This document shows positions 37,254-47,916 of a DNA stretch of 64,000 nucleotides, piece by piece. Under the pieces are notes generated by a model. It had not been told where the DNA came from. It saw only the letters and a list, made by a program, of their open reading frames with translations, and searched no databases. This DNA comes from an uncultured Desulfarculus sp. Its GTDB lineage: Bacteria; Desulfobacterota; Desulfarculia; Desulfarculales; Desulfarculaceae. The first letter of the stretch is position 1; every line of letters begins with the position of its first letter. A program made the position numbers and the translations under genes. The DNA lies in assembly GCA_963665125.2 (NCBI GenBank), contig CAXXUK010000001.1, forward strand, positions 1,184,001 through 1,248,000. The letters are read 5' to 3'.

Positions 37254-38453
37254 TCAATTCCCCGTGGGGATTTCTCCGGTGGCCAGCATATCATCGAGGT
37301 TCTCTATGAGGGCGTCGATGTGGGCGTCTTCGATGATCAACGGCGGCAGAAACCGCAGCACGGTGTCCTGGGTGCAGTTAACCACGAAGCCCCTTTCCAA
37401 AAGCTTTAGCACGACAGGCGCGCCCGGCACCGGCAGCAGCAGGCCCTGCATCAAGCCCAAGCCCCTGGTGCCCAGGTTATGGCCCGGATGCTTGTCGCAC
37501 AGGCCCTTGAGCCCCTTGCCCAGCTTGTCCCCGGCCTGGACCACCCGCTCCATGAAGCCGGGCGCGGTCATGGTCTCCAGGACCACCCTGGCCGCTTCCA
37601 TGATAACCGGGCCCGCGCCAAAGGTCGTGGCGTGGGCGCCAGGCTGGAACAAGTCGGCGAACTTTTGAGTGGCGCAGACGGCCCCGGCGGGCAATCCGCC
37701 GGCCAGGCCCTTGGCCAGGGTCATCACGTCGGGCGTCACGCCGAAATGCTCGTGGGCGAATAGTTTGCCCGTCCGGCCCAAACCGGTCTGGATCTCGTCG
37801 AAGATCAGCATTACGCCTTTTTTGTCGCAAAGCTCCCTGACGGCCTTGAGGTAGCCATCGGGCGGCGGCAGCACCCCGCCCTCGCCCAGCACGGGCTCCA
37901 ACATCACCGCGCACACGCTGTCGTCTACCAGGGCCTCAAGCTCGGCCAGGTCGCCCCATGTCACGTACTTGAAGGTCTGGACCAGGGGATCGAAGCCCTT
38001 CTGGATCTTTTCCTGGCCCGTGGCCGAAAGCGTGGCCAAGGTCCGGCCGTGAAAAGATTTTTTAGCCGTGATCACGGTGAAATGGCCTTTGCCCATGGCC
38101 TTGCCCCACAGCCTGGCCAGCTTCAGAGCGCCTTCATTGGCCTCGGCCCCGGAGTTGCAGAAAAACACCCGGTCGGCAAATGAGTTCTCCACCAGAAGCT
38201 CGGCCACCCTGGCCTGGGGCTCGGTGTAGAACAGGTTGCTGACGTGCAGCAGCTTGGCGGCCTGGTCGCTGACGGCCTTGGCAATGGCCGGATGGGCGTG
38301 GCCCAGATTGCATACGGCTATGCCAGCCAGAAAGTCGATATATTCTTTGCCCGAATCGTCTTTTAGAATGCAGCCGTTGCCCTCGGTGAAGCACACCGGA
38401 AACCGGCCATAGGTCTGCATTACGTATTTATCTATTTTTTGTTTGGCGTTCAT
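37254..38453 (-). CDS. argD: acetylornithine aminotransferase
   Basis: [43 protein letters not shown]. Confidence 0.93.
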   Translation of the reverse strand: MNAKQKIDKYVMQTYGRFPVCFTEGNGCILKDDSGKEYIDFLAGIAVCNLGHAHPAIAKAVSDQAAKLLHVSNLFYTEPQARVAELLVENSFADRVFFCNSGAEANEGALKLARLWGKAMGKGHFTVITAKKSFHGRTLATLSATGQEKIQKGFDPLVQTFKYVTWGDLAELEALVDDSVCAVMLEPVLGEGGVLPPPDGYLKAVRELCDKKGVMLIFDEIQTGLGRTGKLFAHEHFGVTPDVMTLAKGLAGGLPAGAVCATQKFADLFQPGAHATTFGAGPVIMEAARVVLETMTAPGFMERVVQAGDKLGKGLKGLCDKHPGHNLGTRGLGLMQGLLLPVPGAPVVLKLLERGFVVNCTQDTVLRFLPPLIIEDAHIDALIENLDDMLATGEIPTGN

Positions 38454-38475
38454 TTCTCTTGTCTTTCAATAAAAA

Positions 38476-39366
38476 TCATTTTTCCCGGAAGATGGTGCCC
38501 ACACCCTGATCTGAAAAGATCTCCAACAAAAGGGCGTTGGGTACGCGGCCGTCGATAATGTGCGCGCGCTCCACGCCTCGGTTCAGGGCCTGCAGGCAGC
38601 AACTCACCTTGGGGATCATGCCCCCGGAGATGACTCCATCAGCCTGCAAGACGCCAGCCTCCTTGGCCGTGAGCGAATTGATCAGTTTGCCGTCTTCATC
38701 CAGCACGCCCGGCGTGTCTGTAAGCAGGATCAATTTGCTGGCCCGCAGACCTGCGGCAATTGCACCAGCCACCAAGTCCGCGTTTATATTGAAAGATTCA
38801 CCATCCGGCCCAACGCCAACTGGCGCGATCACCGGAATAAAGTTACCGTGCTCCAGGGCATGCAAGACCTGGGGATTGACCTTTTCGACCTTGCCCACCT
38901 GGCCCAGGTCGATGATCTCGGGCGGTTGCTCGGCGCTCTGGCCGCCCCTGGTGATGGTCATCTTGGAGGCCTCGATAAGCCTGCCGTCATGACCGCTGAG
39001 GCCCACGGCCCTGCCGCCGTTGTGGTTGATCAGGCTGACGATGCTGGTGTTGACCTGGCCCTTGAGGACCATCTTGACCACGTCCATTACCTCCGGGCTG
39101 GTCACCCGCATGCCGTCCACGAAATCGGACTTGATGTTGAGCCGGTCCAAAAGCTGGCCGATCTGGGGCCCGCCTCCGTGAACCACCACGGGGTATATGC
39201 CCACGGCCCGCAGCAGAATCACGTTCAGGGCAAAGGCAGTCTTGAGATCTTCGTCCTTCATGGCGTGGCCGCCGTATTTGATCACCACCGTCTGACCGGC
39301 GAACTGCCTGATGTACGGCAGCGCTTCAATCAGGGTCTGGCCCCTATCGGCAGGATTGATAGGCAT
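38476..39366 (-). CDS. argB: acetylglutamate kinase
   Basis: [38 protein letters not shown]. Confidence 0.96.
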   Translation of the reverse strand: MPINPADRGQTLIEALPYIRQFAGQTVVIKYGGHAMKDEDLKTAFALNVILLRAVGIYPVVVHGGGPQIGQLLDRLNIKSDFVDGMRVTSPEVMDVVKMVLKGQVNTSIVSLINHNGGRAVGLSGHDGRLIEASKMTITRGGQSAEQPPEIIDLGQVGKVEKVNPQVLHALEHGNFIPVIAPVGVGPDGESFNINADLVAGAIAAGLRASKLILLTDTPGVLDEDGKLINSLTAKEAGVLQADGVISGGMIPKVSCCLQALNRGVERAHIIDGRVPNALLLEIFSDQGVGTIFREK

Positions 39367-39378
39367 TTTGTCGGCTTC

Positions 39379-40752
<1,374 letters not shown>

Positions 40753-40944
40753 ATCCGTTTAATCCTCTGTGCCTCGTTTGGGTCGAAAAAGTAATTAATT
40801 ATCATATTATGCCGGTCTTCGCAGCAATAATGGAGCGTCATTTTGAAGGAATGTTATAAGGACTTGATTTAGGCGCGAGTTGAAAACTTAATATAGCCGC
40901 GCCATATTCCTCATAACCGTCATCGGGCGATGTATAGATGCGGT

Positions 40945-42351
40945 TTAGCCAACGGATCTGCCCAGCAACACTTTCAGGTTGCGCCAGATACGGTCAACAT
41001 GGGCGAAGTTGATGTTGCCGTTTTTCACCAAATACAAGTTCTTCATGAGCATGCCCAGGCGCAGCATTTTTTGGACATCCTTTGGGCCGATGCCGGGCAG
41101 AAGAAGGTTGTGGGCCCAAACTCCGGAGATGTCCTTTTCCGGTATGAGGCAATACTTATGGGCCAGCTTATGCAACCGCGAACCGGGCATGGGCGTGGCC
41201 ACCTGCCAGGACATGTATTGAATCAACTTCCTGGATAACAGGCTGCGGCAAAACATGAGCGTCTTTTTGACGTCAGCAGCGGTTTCCCACTTGAGCCTTC
41301 CCTGCTCTTCCCAGGCGTGAAAGAGCATCACAAAGCCGAACACCTCGATGCCCCGTGATTGCAGCAAGGAGCATGTGCTTTCGATCTGGGACAAGGTGAC
41401 GTGTTTGCCAATTCCCTTTAATGTCCTGTCATTGCCGCTCTCGATGCCCAGATGGACCATCCACAGGTTGATGCTCTTGAAGGCGTCGACCAGTTCCTCA
41501 TTGACCTTGTCCGCCCTGAGATTACATTGAAAATATAGGTCCTTATAATTCAAGGCCTTTATCGCGGCGCAAACATCCAAGGCCCATTGTGCGCTGACGT
41601 TGAACTCGTCGGAGGTCATGTAGATTTCCCTGGCGCCCTTTTCGTACAGAACCTTTACTTCCGCGGCGATATTCTCGGGGCTGCGCATCCGCACCCAGGG
41701 TTTATTGAATTTCCACACAGGATTCGAACAAAAATTGCAGTCAAAGGGGCAGCCCCTGGACACGAGCATGTGGGTCTGTGGCGCGGCCTTGTTGATGTGC
41801 ATGCCGTTGTAATTGTTAAGGTCGACAAGCTCCCAGGCGGGCAGAGGTATCGTATCGAGATCGGCAATAAAATCGCGCTTGGGCGTAAAATGCAGGCTGC
41901 CGTCGAGATTGCGCAGGGCCAGGCCGTTCACGGCGCGGATATCGCCTTTGCCGGCCACCGTGGCCACCAGCTGGGTCAAGGTCTCCTCGCCCTCGCTCAA
42001 TACGCAGGCGTCGACATTGCAATTTTCGAATACGGTTTCGCAATTGGCCGTTGGCTCGGGCCCGCCGCAGATGACCAGCAGGTCGGGAAACCGCTCCTTG
42101 ACGGCGTTGATGGTCCGGTAGGCCAGTTGCTTTGTCCAAAAGGCGAAAGACAGGCCGTAGATATCGGGTTTGTGCTTGGCTATCAGGTCCAGGTGCTCCT
42201 GGAGCGTGTAGTCGCCCTCCAGATACACTGTTTCCACCGGCACCTGGCTATACTTTCTCAAGTAGCTGATCAGATAGAGAATACCGATGTTCGGATAGCT
42301 GTTGTCGTAATACGCCTCGCGCCTGGGCGGATCGGCCAGAACAACTTTCAT
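40945..42351 (-). CDS. cobalamin-binding radical SAM protein (class B methyltransferase-like)
   Basis: N-terminal B12-binding region (GGPEPT, EGEET), SRGCPFDCNFC, GIESG, TPMPGS. Confidence 0.88.
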   Translation of the reverse strand: MKVVLADPPRREAYYDNSYPNIGILYLISYLRKYSQVPVETVYLEGDYTLQEHLDLIAKHKPDIYGLSFAFWTKQLAYRTINAVKERFPDLLVICGGPEPTANCETVFENCNVDACVLSEGEETLTQLVATVAGKGDIRAVNGLALRNLDGSLHFTPKRDFIADLDTIPLPAWELVDLNNYNGMHINKAAPQTHMLVSRGCPFDCNFCSNPVWKFNKPWVRMRSPENIAAEVKVLYEKGAREIYMTSDEFNVSAQWALDVCAAIKALNYKDLYFQCNLRADKVNEELVDAFKSINLWMVHLGIESGNDRTLKGIGKHVTLSQIESTCSLLQSRGIEVFGFVMLFHAWEEQGRLKWETAADVKKTLMFCRSLLSRKLIQYMSWQVATPMPGSRLHKLAHKYCLIPEKDISGVWAHNLLLPGIGPKDVQKMLRLGMLMKNLYLVKNGNINFAHVDRIWRNLKVLLGRSVG

Positions 42352-42425
42352 GGGTCCCTCGATAGCATTTGCCAAAAGAATATTTCAATGTGGACAGGCT
42401 GGTTACGTAACATATCATGGGCATG

Positions 42426-42469
42426 CCCGGTTGTGATGTCAAATAGGCACAACCGGGTTTTTATTTTTT
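42426..42469 (+). terminator. inverted repeat with a plus-strand T tail; its loop holds a minus-strand TTGACA
   Basis: CCCGGTTGTG-atgtcaaatagg-CACAACCGGG followed by TTTTTATTTTTT. Confidence 0.6.
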
Positions 42470-43841
42470 AAGGCTCATAGTCGTCGGAAGGCATGGGCAT
42501 GGGCATGGGCTCGCCGTTGATTATGGGTGCGTATTCGGGCTTCCAGTCCGGGCCGAAGAGACTCATCCACGCGGTCTGGAATAGCGAAACAACCCTGGTT
42601 GCCCAACGCAGCCGCCGTCGTGGCTTGTCTATTTTGCCGCGAAAAAGCCCCTGGAGTTGTTCTGCTGATTCACTTAGCTCGGCATGTAGTTGATCAAGAA
42701 TATCATCAGGAAGATCAACCAATTGTCCGGTAACTGCAAGCGAAGTCTCGCTTTTCATCACCTCTGTCTTATTTTGGTGGGCCAACTGTTTTTCTTCATT
42801 GGCCAACCGCCGCTCGTCCATGGCGATCTTGGCCCACTCCCTGGCGTTCTCGAGGTTTTGCCCCCGGTATGTAAGGTAGGCCTTGCCAGCCGCTATGATG
42901 ATCATGCAAATGGCGGAAATGGTGGCCACTTCAACCGACACCGGCGAATGCATCGAAATACTGACAAGCTCGGCGGCGTATTTGTCTTCTTCGGCCCCGC
43001 CCAGCTCCAACCTGTCCAGGCCCTTGCCCAGGTCATCCCAACCAAGCTCATCGGCCGTATAACAGAGCCGCACGCCCTCGATAAGAAAACTAATTAATTG
43101 CAGGGCCTTGGCCACCTTCAAAGGGTTGAAGTGCTCTGGCAGCGTAAAGTCCACGATCTCCTTTTTATCTACGTCAAAGACCTGCTCGGCGCGTTCTTCG
43201 CGCTTGTTGCGCTGTTCATCGGAAAAAACAAAACCATTAAGGGAGTCCAACTTGGCCCTATTGAGGCAACTCCGGGAGCCTATTTTGGCATTGCTGAGTA
43301 ATGCTCCGCGGAGGTCGGTTCCGCTAAGGGACGCGCCTCTTAAATCAGCGGCAAACATATTTGCCTTGCGCAGATTTGTCCCTCTTAGAATGGCCCCTCT
43401 CAAATCGGCCTTACTCAGATCCGCTTGAAAAAGATCGGCGTCGCTGAGGTTGGCGCCACCGAGTCTTGCATCCACGAGTCGGGCTCCGGCCAGCAGGGCC
43501 CGGCTGAGTTCGGCACCCAACAAGTTGGCGCCGCTCAGATATGAGTTTCGGAGATCGGCGCCGGTCAAGTCGGCATTACTGAGATCGGCGCCGTCTAAGT
43601 AGGTTTCCTGAAGATTTGCGCCGCTTAAGATTGCGGACACCAAGCGGCTTCCGCTGAAGTACGCTTTTCTAAGATCCGCTCCTTGAAAATCGGTTTTCTC
43701 AAGGTTTGCATACTGCAGGTTAGCTCTCGCGCCCTGATCTCCTCCGCTGTTCAGCCATATATCGTGCGCCTTGACAATATTTTGCAACTCGTCTTCATTG
43801 ACTATTCTTAGCTCTCCATAGTCAATTTTATCGTTCGGCAT
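42468..43841 (-). CDS. pentapeptide-repeat protein with a C-terminal hydrophobic helix and coiled-coil-like region
   Basis: About 30 A(D/N)Lxx repeats after an H..WL...G.RANL cap; then ATISAICMIIIAAG and a charged helix; ends PMPMPSDDYEP. Confidence 0.85.
   Translation of the reverse strand: MPNDKIDYGELRIVNEDELQNIVKAHDIWLNSGGDQGARANLQYANLEKTDFQGADLRKAYFSGSRLVSAILSGANLQETYLDGADLSNADLTGADLRNSYLSGANLLGAELSRALLAGARLVDARLGGANLSDADLFQADLSKADLRGAILRGTNLRKANMFAADLRGASLSGTDLRGALLSNAKIGSRSCLNRAKLDSLNGFVFSDEQRNKREERAEQVFDVDKKEIVDFTLPEHFNPLKVAKALQLISFLIEGVRLCYTADELGWDDLGKGLDRLELGGAEEDKYAAELVSISMHSPVSVEVATISAICMIIIAAGKAYLTYRGQNLENAREWAKIAMDERRLANEEKQLAHQNKTEVMKSETSLAVTGQLVDLPDDILDQLHAELSESAEQLQGLFRGKIDKPRRRLRWATRVVSLFQTAWMSLFGPDWKPEYAPIINGEPMPMPMPSDDYEP
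43230..43730 (-). repeat. coding tandem repeats (pentapeptide units, 15-bp periodicity)
   Basis: Recurrent AGATCGGCG(CCG) and GCGCCGCT units at multiples of 15 bp. Confidence 0.7.
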
Positions 43842-43869
43842 GCGCGGCCCCTCCCCCAACCTTACTTGC

Positions 43870-44412
43870 CTACAACTTTTCCACCACGATCTGATGGTTG
43901 GTGTAGATACAGATATCAGCGGCGATGTTCAGCGCGGCCTTGGCCATCTCGTCGGCGGGCAGTTCGCTGTGGCGCATCAGGGCCCGTGCCGCGGCCAGGG
44001 CATAGGGCCCGCCTGAGCCGATGGCCGCAACGCCCTCTTCCGGCTCGATGACGTCGCCCGAACCCGAGAGAATCAGCAGGTGACTCTTGTCCGCGGCGAT
44101 GAGCAGGGCCTCCAGGCGGCGGAGCATCTTGTCTGTGCGCCAGTCCTTGGCCAGTTCAACGGCGGCCCTGGGCAGTTGGCCGGAATAGGCCTCCAGTTTG
44201 CCTTCGAGCTTTTCAAAAAGCGTAAAGGCGTCGGCCGTGGCCCCAGCGAAACCGGCCAGGACCTTGCCCTCGTGCAGCCGCCGCACCTTGACGGCCCCGC
44301 CCTTGACCACTGTGTTGCCCATTGTCACCTGGCCGTCACCGGCCATCACGGTCACGCCATCCTTTTTCAGGGCCAATACCGTGGTTGATCTAATCTCGGG
44401 GTTAAGCGTCAT
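43870..44412 (-). CDS. hslV: ATP-dependent protease peptidase subunit HslV
   Basis: Propeptide then [36 protein letters not shown]. Confidence 0.96.
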   Translation of the reverse strand: MTLNPEIRSTTVLALKKDGVTVMAGDGQVTMGNTVVKGGAVKVRRLHEGKVLAGFAGATADAFTLFEKLEGKLEAYSGQLPRAAVELAKDWRTDKMLRRLEALLIAADKSHLLILSGSGDVIEPEEGVAAIGSGGPYALAAARALMRHSELPADEMAKAALNIAADICIYTNHQIVVEKL

Positions 44413-45361
44413 CTGGCTCCTCCGTATCCTTGTCGGCCCGTGGATGGGCCTGGTCATAGACTTTTAACAGGTGGTCCACCGTGAGGTGAAGATATTTCTG
44501 GGTTGTTTGCAGGCTGGAATGGCCCAGCATTTCCTGGACCGAGCGCAGGTCGGCCCCGCCCTCCAGCAGATGCGTGGCCATGGCATGGCGCAGGGCGTGC
44601 GGGCCCACGTTGCGACCCACGGTCAGGCCCTGTTGGTATTTGTCCACCATGCGCTGGATGCTGCGGCTGGTTAGCCTGCCTCCGCCCCGATTCAGAAACA
44701 AAGCCGTGGGCTCGTCATGGCCCTTGGGCAGGATCGCCGCACGGGCCTTGAGATAGCGCGTCAGGGCCTGCTGGGCCGCCTGGCCCACGGGCACCACCCG
44801 CTCCTTGCCGCCTTTGCCCATGGCCACGCGAACAACGCCCAGGTCCAGGCGCAGATGCCCGGCATCCAGGGCGGCCATCTCGCTGACCCGCAAGCCCGAG
44901 GAATACAACAGCTCCATTATCGCCATGTCGCGCATGATCAGGGCCTGGGCCTTTTCCTCGGCGCCGTATGGCCTGGTCTGCTTGGGCCTTTTCGGCCCGT
45001 CCACCAGGTGAAAGGCCTCGTCCACGCTCAGGCGGGTGGGCAGGCGCTTGTCCATCTTGGGCGCCCGCACCAGCCGGGCCGGATTGCCGCCGCATAGGCC
45101 CCTGGCCTGCAAAAACTCGAACCAGGCCCGCAGCGAGGCCAGCTTGCGCCCCACCGTGGAGCGGGCGCTGGTTTTCATGCGCCCGGCCAGCCACATTCGC
45201 ACGTCGTCGGCAGTCACATCGGGCCAGTCCTTACCCCGACGGTCTTTTTGGAGAAATTCGTGGAACTGTTTGGCGTCTCGGGCATAGGCCTGGCGGGTGC
45301 GGGGCATGGCCCCGGTGCTTTCGGCCAGATGCTGGTCAAATTCGCCGAGCAGATTTTTCAC
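44402..45361 (-). CDS. xerC: tyrosine recombinase XerC
   Basis: [46 protein letters not shown]; usual xerC-hslV linkage; GTG start with AGGAG. Confidence 0.88.
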   Translation of the reverse strand: MKNLLGEFDQHLAESTGAMPRTRQAYARDAKQFHEFLQKDRRGKDWPDVTADDVRMWLAGRMKTSARSTVGRKLASLRAWFEFLQARGLCGGNPARLVRAPKMDKRLPTRLSVDEAFHLVDGPKRPKQTRPYGAEEKAQALIMRDMAIMELLYSSGLRVSEMAALDAGHLRLDLGVVRVAMGKGGKERVVPVGQAAQQALTRYLKARAAILPKGHDEPTALFLNRGGGRLTSRSIQRMVDKYQQGLTVGRNVGPHALRHAMATHLLEGGADLRSVQEMLGHSSLQTTQKYLHLTVDHLLKVYDQAHPRADKDTEEPDDA

Positions 45362-45625
45362 CGCGAAGCATCTCCTTGGCCGGGCGGCTGTCGTCCCGGA
45401 CTGAAAGTATTTATCATAACTTATCACGGCCCTGATTCAAGGACAAAGCCCCGCGAACAGCAACACAGCTATTATTCAACGGCGACAACCGCCTTTGCGC
45501 CATGCATCGGTTTATACGGCGTTATCGCCCGAATGGGCGATTGCGTTGTTCAAACAAAATGGGTACTGTGCTCGGTACCATTTGTACATCGGCAATCAAC
45601 ATCATCCAGGGCCAAGGACGGGATC

Positions 45626-46231
45626 ATGATAAATGAGCAAATGAGCAGGCAAGCAAACCCGGAATTGATCTCCAAGCTGGAAGAACTGACCAGTTTGGCC
45701 ATCGGCCTGGGGGCCAGCGACGCCAAGATAATCCCGGCCAACGAAATCTCCGCCGAGGATCATCTGGCCGCGCTGTGCAAGGAGACCAGGTGCGAAAATT
45801 ACGGTTCTTCGCCCACCTGCCCGCCCAATGTCAAGGGTCCCGTCTGGATGCGTGAGCAGTTGCAAGGCGTGGAATACGCCCTGGTCCTCAAGCTGGAGCT
45901 GCCCGATGACGTAATGTATTCGGACCAGCGCCGCGAGGTCGGCAAGCTACTGCATTTTTTCGTGATCCAGGTGGAACAGGCGGCCAGGGAAATGGGCTTC
46001 GTCAATTCAACCGCCTTTGCCGGGGGTTCGTGTAAAAACCTGTTCTGTTATGATCAAGGCAAATGCAATGTACTCTACGGCGACGGCCAGTGCCGCAACC
46101 CGGACATGGCCCGTCCGTCGATTTCCGGCTTCGGCATCAACACCAACAGCCTATTGAAGGCCGCCGGGTGGGATCAACAAGACACCAAGGAGAAGCTCAA
46201 CACCAGGTTGGGTTTGGTACTGATAGGATGA
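45626..46231 (+). CDS. DUF2284 family Cys-rich metal-binding protein
   Basis: C...C..YG...CPP and GGSCK..C...C.....C..P..ARPS..G.G. Confidence 0.8.
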   Translation: MINEQMSRQANPELISKLEELTSLAIGLGASDAKIIPANEISAEDHLAALCKETRCENYGSSPTCPPNVKGPVWMREQLQGVEYALVLKLELPDDVMYSDQRREVGKLLHFFVIQVEQAAREMGFVNSTAFAGGSCKNLFCYDQGKCNVLYGDGQCRNPDMARPSISGFGINTNSLLKAAGWDQQDTKEKLNTRLGLVLIG

Positions 46232-46246
46232 TTTAGGAGGCACTCC

Positions 46247-46924
46247 ATGGGCGTCAAGGAAGCTTTCAACAAACACGCCAAGATATACGACCAAAACCGC
46301 CAAATGCTCATCCCCCAGATGGATGAATTCAACGGCGTGGCGGCCCAGGCCTTGGAGCTTATTGAAAACGACGAACCCAAAATCTTGGATATGGGCGCGG
46401 GTACCGGCCTGATGGCTTGGTTTGCCTTGCAAAAAAGGCCCAGGGCCATCATGACCCTGGCCGACATGGCCGAAGACATGCTCGAACAAGCCAAAGATCG
46501 ATTTGCCGGCCAAGACGTTAAAATCATCGTAGCCGACTATGTTCATGACGACCTTGGTGGGCCCTATGACGCCATTGTCTCGTGCCTTAGCATCCACCAC
46601 GTTGAGACACCGGAGAAAAAGATATTGTTCCGGCGCTGTTACGACCTGCTGGAGCCGGGCGGCATCTTTGTCAACGCCGACATGATCCAAGGCCCAACTA
46701 CCCAGGCCCACGCTTGGTACGACGACGTCTGGGAACGCCGGGTGCGCGCGGCGGGCACCACCGACCTACAAATGGCACAGGCCCGGGAACGAATGGAAGG
46801 CGACCGCCTGGACACCTTGGCCGATCAACTTGTCTGGCTGGACGAAGCCGGTTTTGCGGATATCGACGTGCTGTACAAGTGGTACAGCCTGTGCGTCTAC
46901 ATCGGCCGCAAACCAGTTGTTTGA
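46247..46924 (+). CDS. class I SAM-dependent methyltransferase
   Basis: ILDMGAGTG, SCLSIHH, LEPGGIFVNAD; RBS AGGAGG. Confidence 0.88.
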   Translation: MGVKEAFNKHAKIYDQNRQMLIPQMDEFNGVAAQALELIENDEPKILDMGAGTGLMAWFALQKRPRAIMTLADMAEDMLEQAKDRFAGQDVKIIVADYVHDDLGGPYDAIVSCLSIHHVETPEKKILFRRCYDLLEPGGIFVNADMIQGPTTQAHAWYDDVWERRVRAAGTTDLQMAQARERMEGDRLDTLADQLVWLDEAGFADIDVLYKWYSLCVYIGRKPVV

Positions 46925-46927
46925 CAT

Positions 46928-47731
46928 ATGAGCAGCTATTCCGACAAGCTGGACGCCATGCAGGTTCTGCGCCGCCCGGTTATTGAACAGGCCGCGGGGC
47001 TAATAGGCGTCCGCCCCGGCGCCAAGGGCCTGGACGTGGGCTGCGGCAATGGCCTGCAAACCCTTCTCTTTGCCGAAATGTGCGGGCCCGGCGGCTTGGT
47101 GCGCGGACTGGACCCTTCGTACGAATTGATCGCCCTTGCCCGCGAAAACGCAAGCAAGGCAAACCTTGACCAAAACACCGAATTCATCATTGGGCTGGCC
47201 GAAGACATGCCGCTGGAGTCCAACTCTTTGGACTGGGCCGTCAGCATCGACTGCATCGGGTACGGCAGCCGGGATTTCAAACGAGCCATTGCCGAAATGG
47301 CCAGGGTCGTCCGGCCCGGCGGAGTCTTGGCCCTCATGGCCTGGGGCGGCCAGCAAATCCTGGGCGGTCATGCCCTGTTGGAGGCCAAACTGAACGCCAC
47401 GCCGGGCGGATTGTCACCCTACACCGCCTCCACCGGTCCGGACAGCCATTTTCTGGGAGTCAGCGGCGGGCTAACGGCAGCGGGAATCGTGAACATCCAG
47501 GCAAAGGCTTTGTCCGTCACGTTTGGCGCTCCGCTCAACGAAATTGAACGCAATGCCGTAATGTCGCTATTGGATATGCGTTGGCCCGATGCCGAACATC
47601 ACCTCGACTCCGAAGAACTGGAACTTTTCCAAGGGCTGACCAACCCGGATTCCCCCGGTTTTTTGCTGGGCAGGCCGAATTATTGCGGCATGTTTTTTTA
47701 CACTCTTTTCTGGGGTCTGAAAGAGGAATAG
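46928..47731 (+). CDS. class I SAM-dependent methyltransferase (UbiE-like motifs)
   Basis: LDVGCGNG, AEDMP, EMARVVRPGG. Confidence 0.85.
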   Translation: MSSYSDKLDAMQVLRRPVIEQAAGLIGVRPGAKGLDVGCGNGLQTLLFAEMCGPGGLVRGLDPSYELIALARENASKANLDQNTEFIIGLAEDMPLESNSLDWAVSIDCIGYGSRDFKRAIAEMARVVRPGGVLALMAWGGQQILGGHALLEAKLNATPGGLSPYTASTGPDSHFLGVSGGLTAAGIVNIQAKALSVTFGAPLNEIERNAVMSLLDMRWPDAEHHLDSEELELFQGLTNPDSPGFLLGRPNYCGMFFYTLFWGLKEE

Positions 47732-47830
47732 ACGGGGAAAACCGGACAGAGGAAGTGTCCGCATCAACATTTAAATGGCATTTATTGGGCAAACATGGCG
47801 AACCTAAGCTCCCGACAGGTTTTTTAAGCC

Positions 47831-47859
47831 TTGACTTGGCTGCCGCCCTTGGATAAGTT
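47831..47859 (+). promoter_or_regulatory. sigma70 promoter of the EF-G2 gene
   Basis: TTGACT, 17 bp, TAAGTT. Confidence 0.5.
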
Positions 47860-47916
47860 TTGCCGTTACTTAATACCTATTTAAGATGGACACCTTCTTT
47901 CCAATCAGGAGCTGTC

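Noticed and set aside
42489..42510. (GGCATG)n microsatellite encoding PMPMP
   Set aside because: Only about three 6-bp units at the extreme C-terminus; slippage keeps the frame, so it is not a phase-variation switch.
44402..45361. Tyrosine recombinase as a prophage or integron integrase
   Set aside because: Size, motifs and the xerC-hslV context indicate housekeeping XerC; no IntI insertion, att sites or phage genes were seen.
45248..45625. 126-aa N-terminal extension of the DUF2284 ORF
   Set aside because: It overlaps xerC and its promoter region; the domain starts at ATG 45626.
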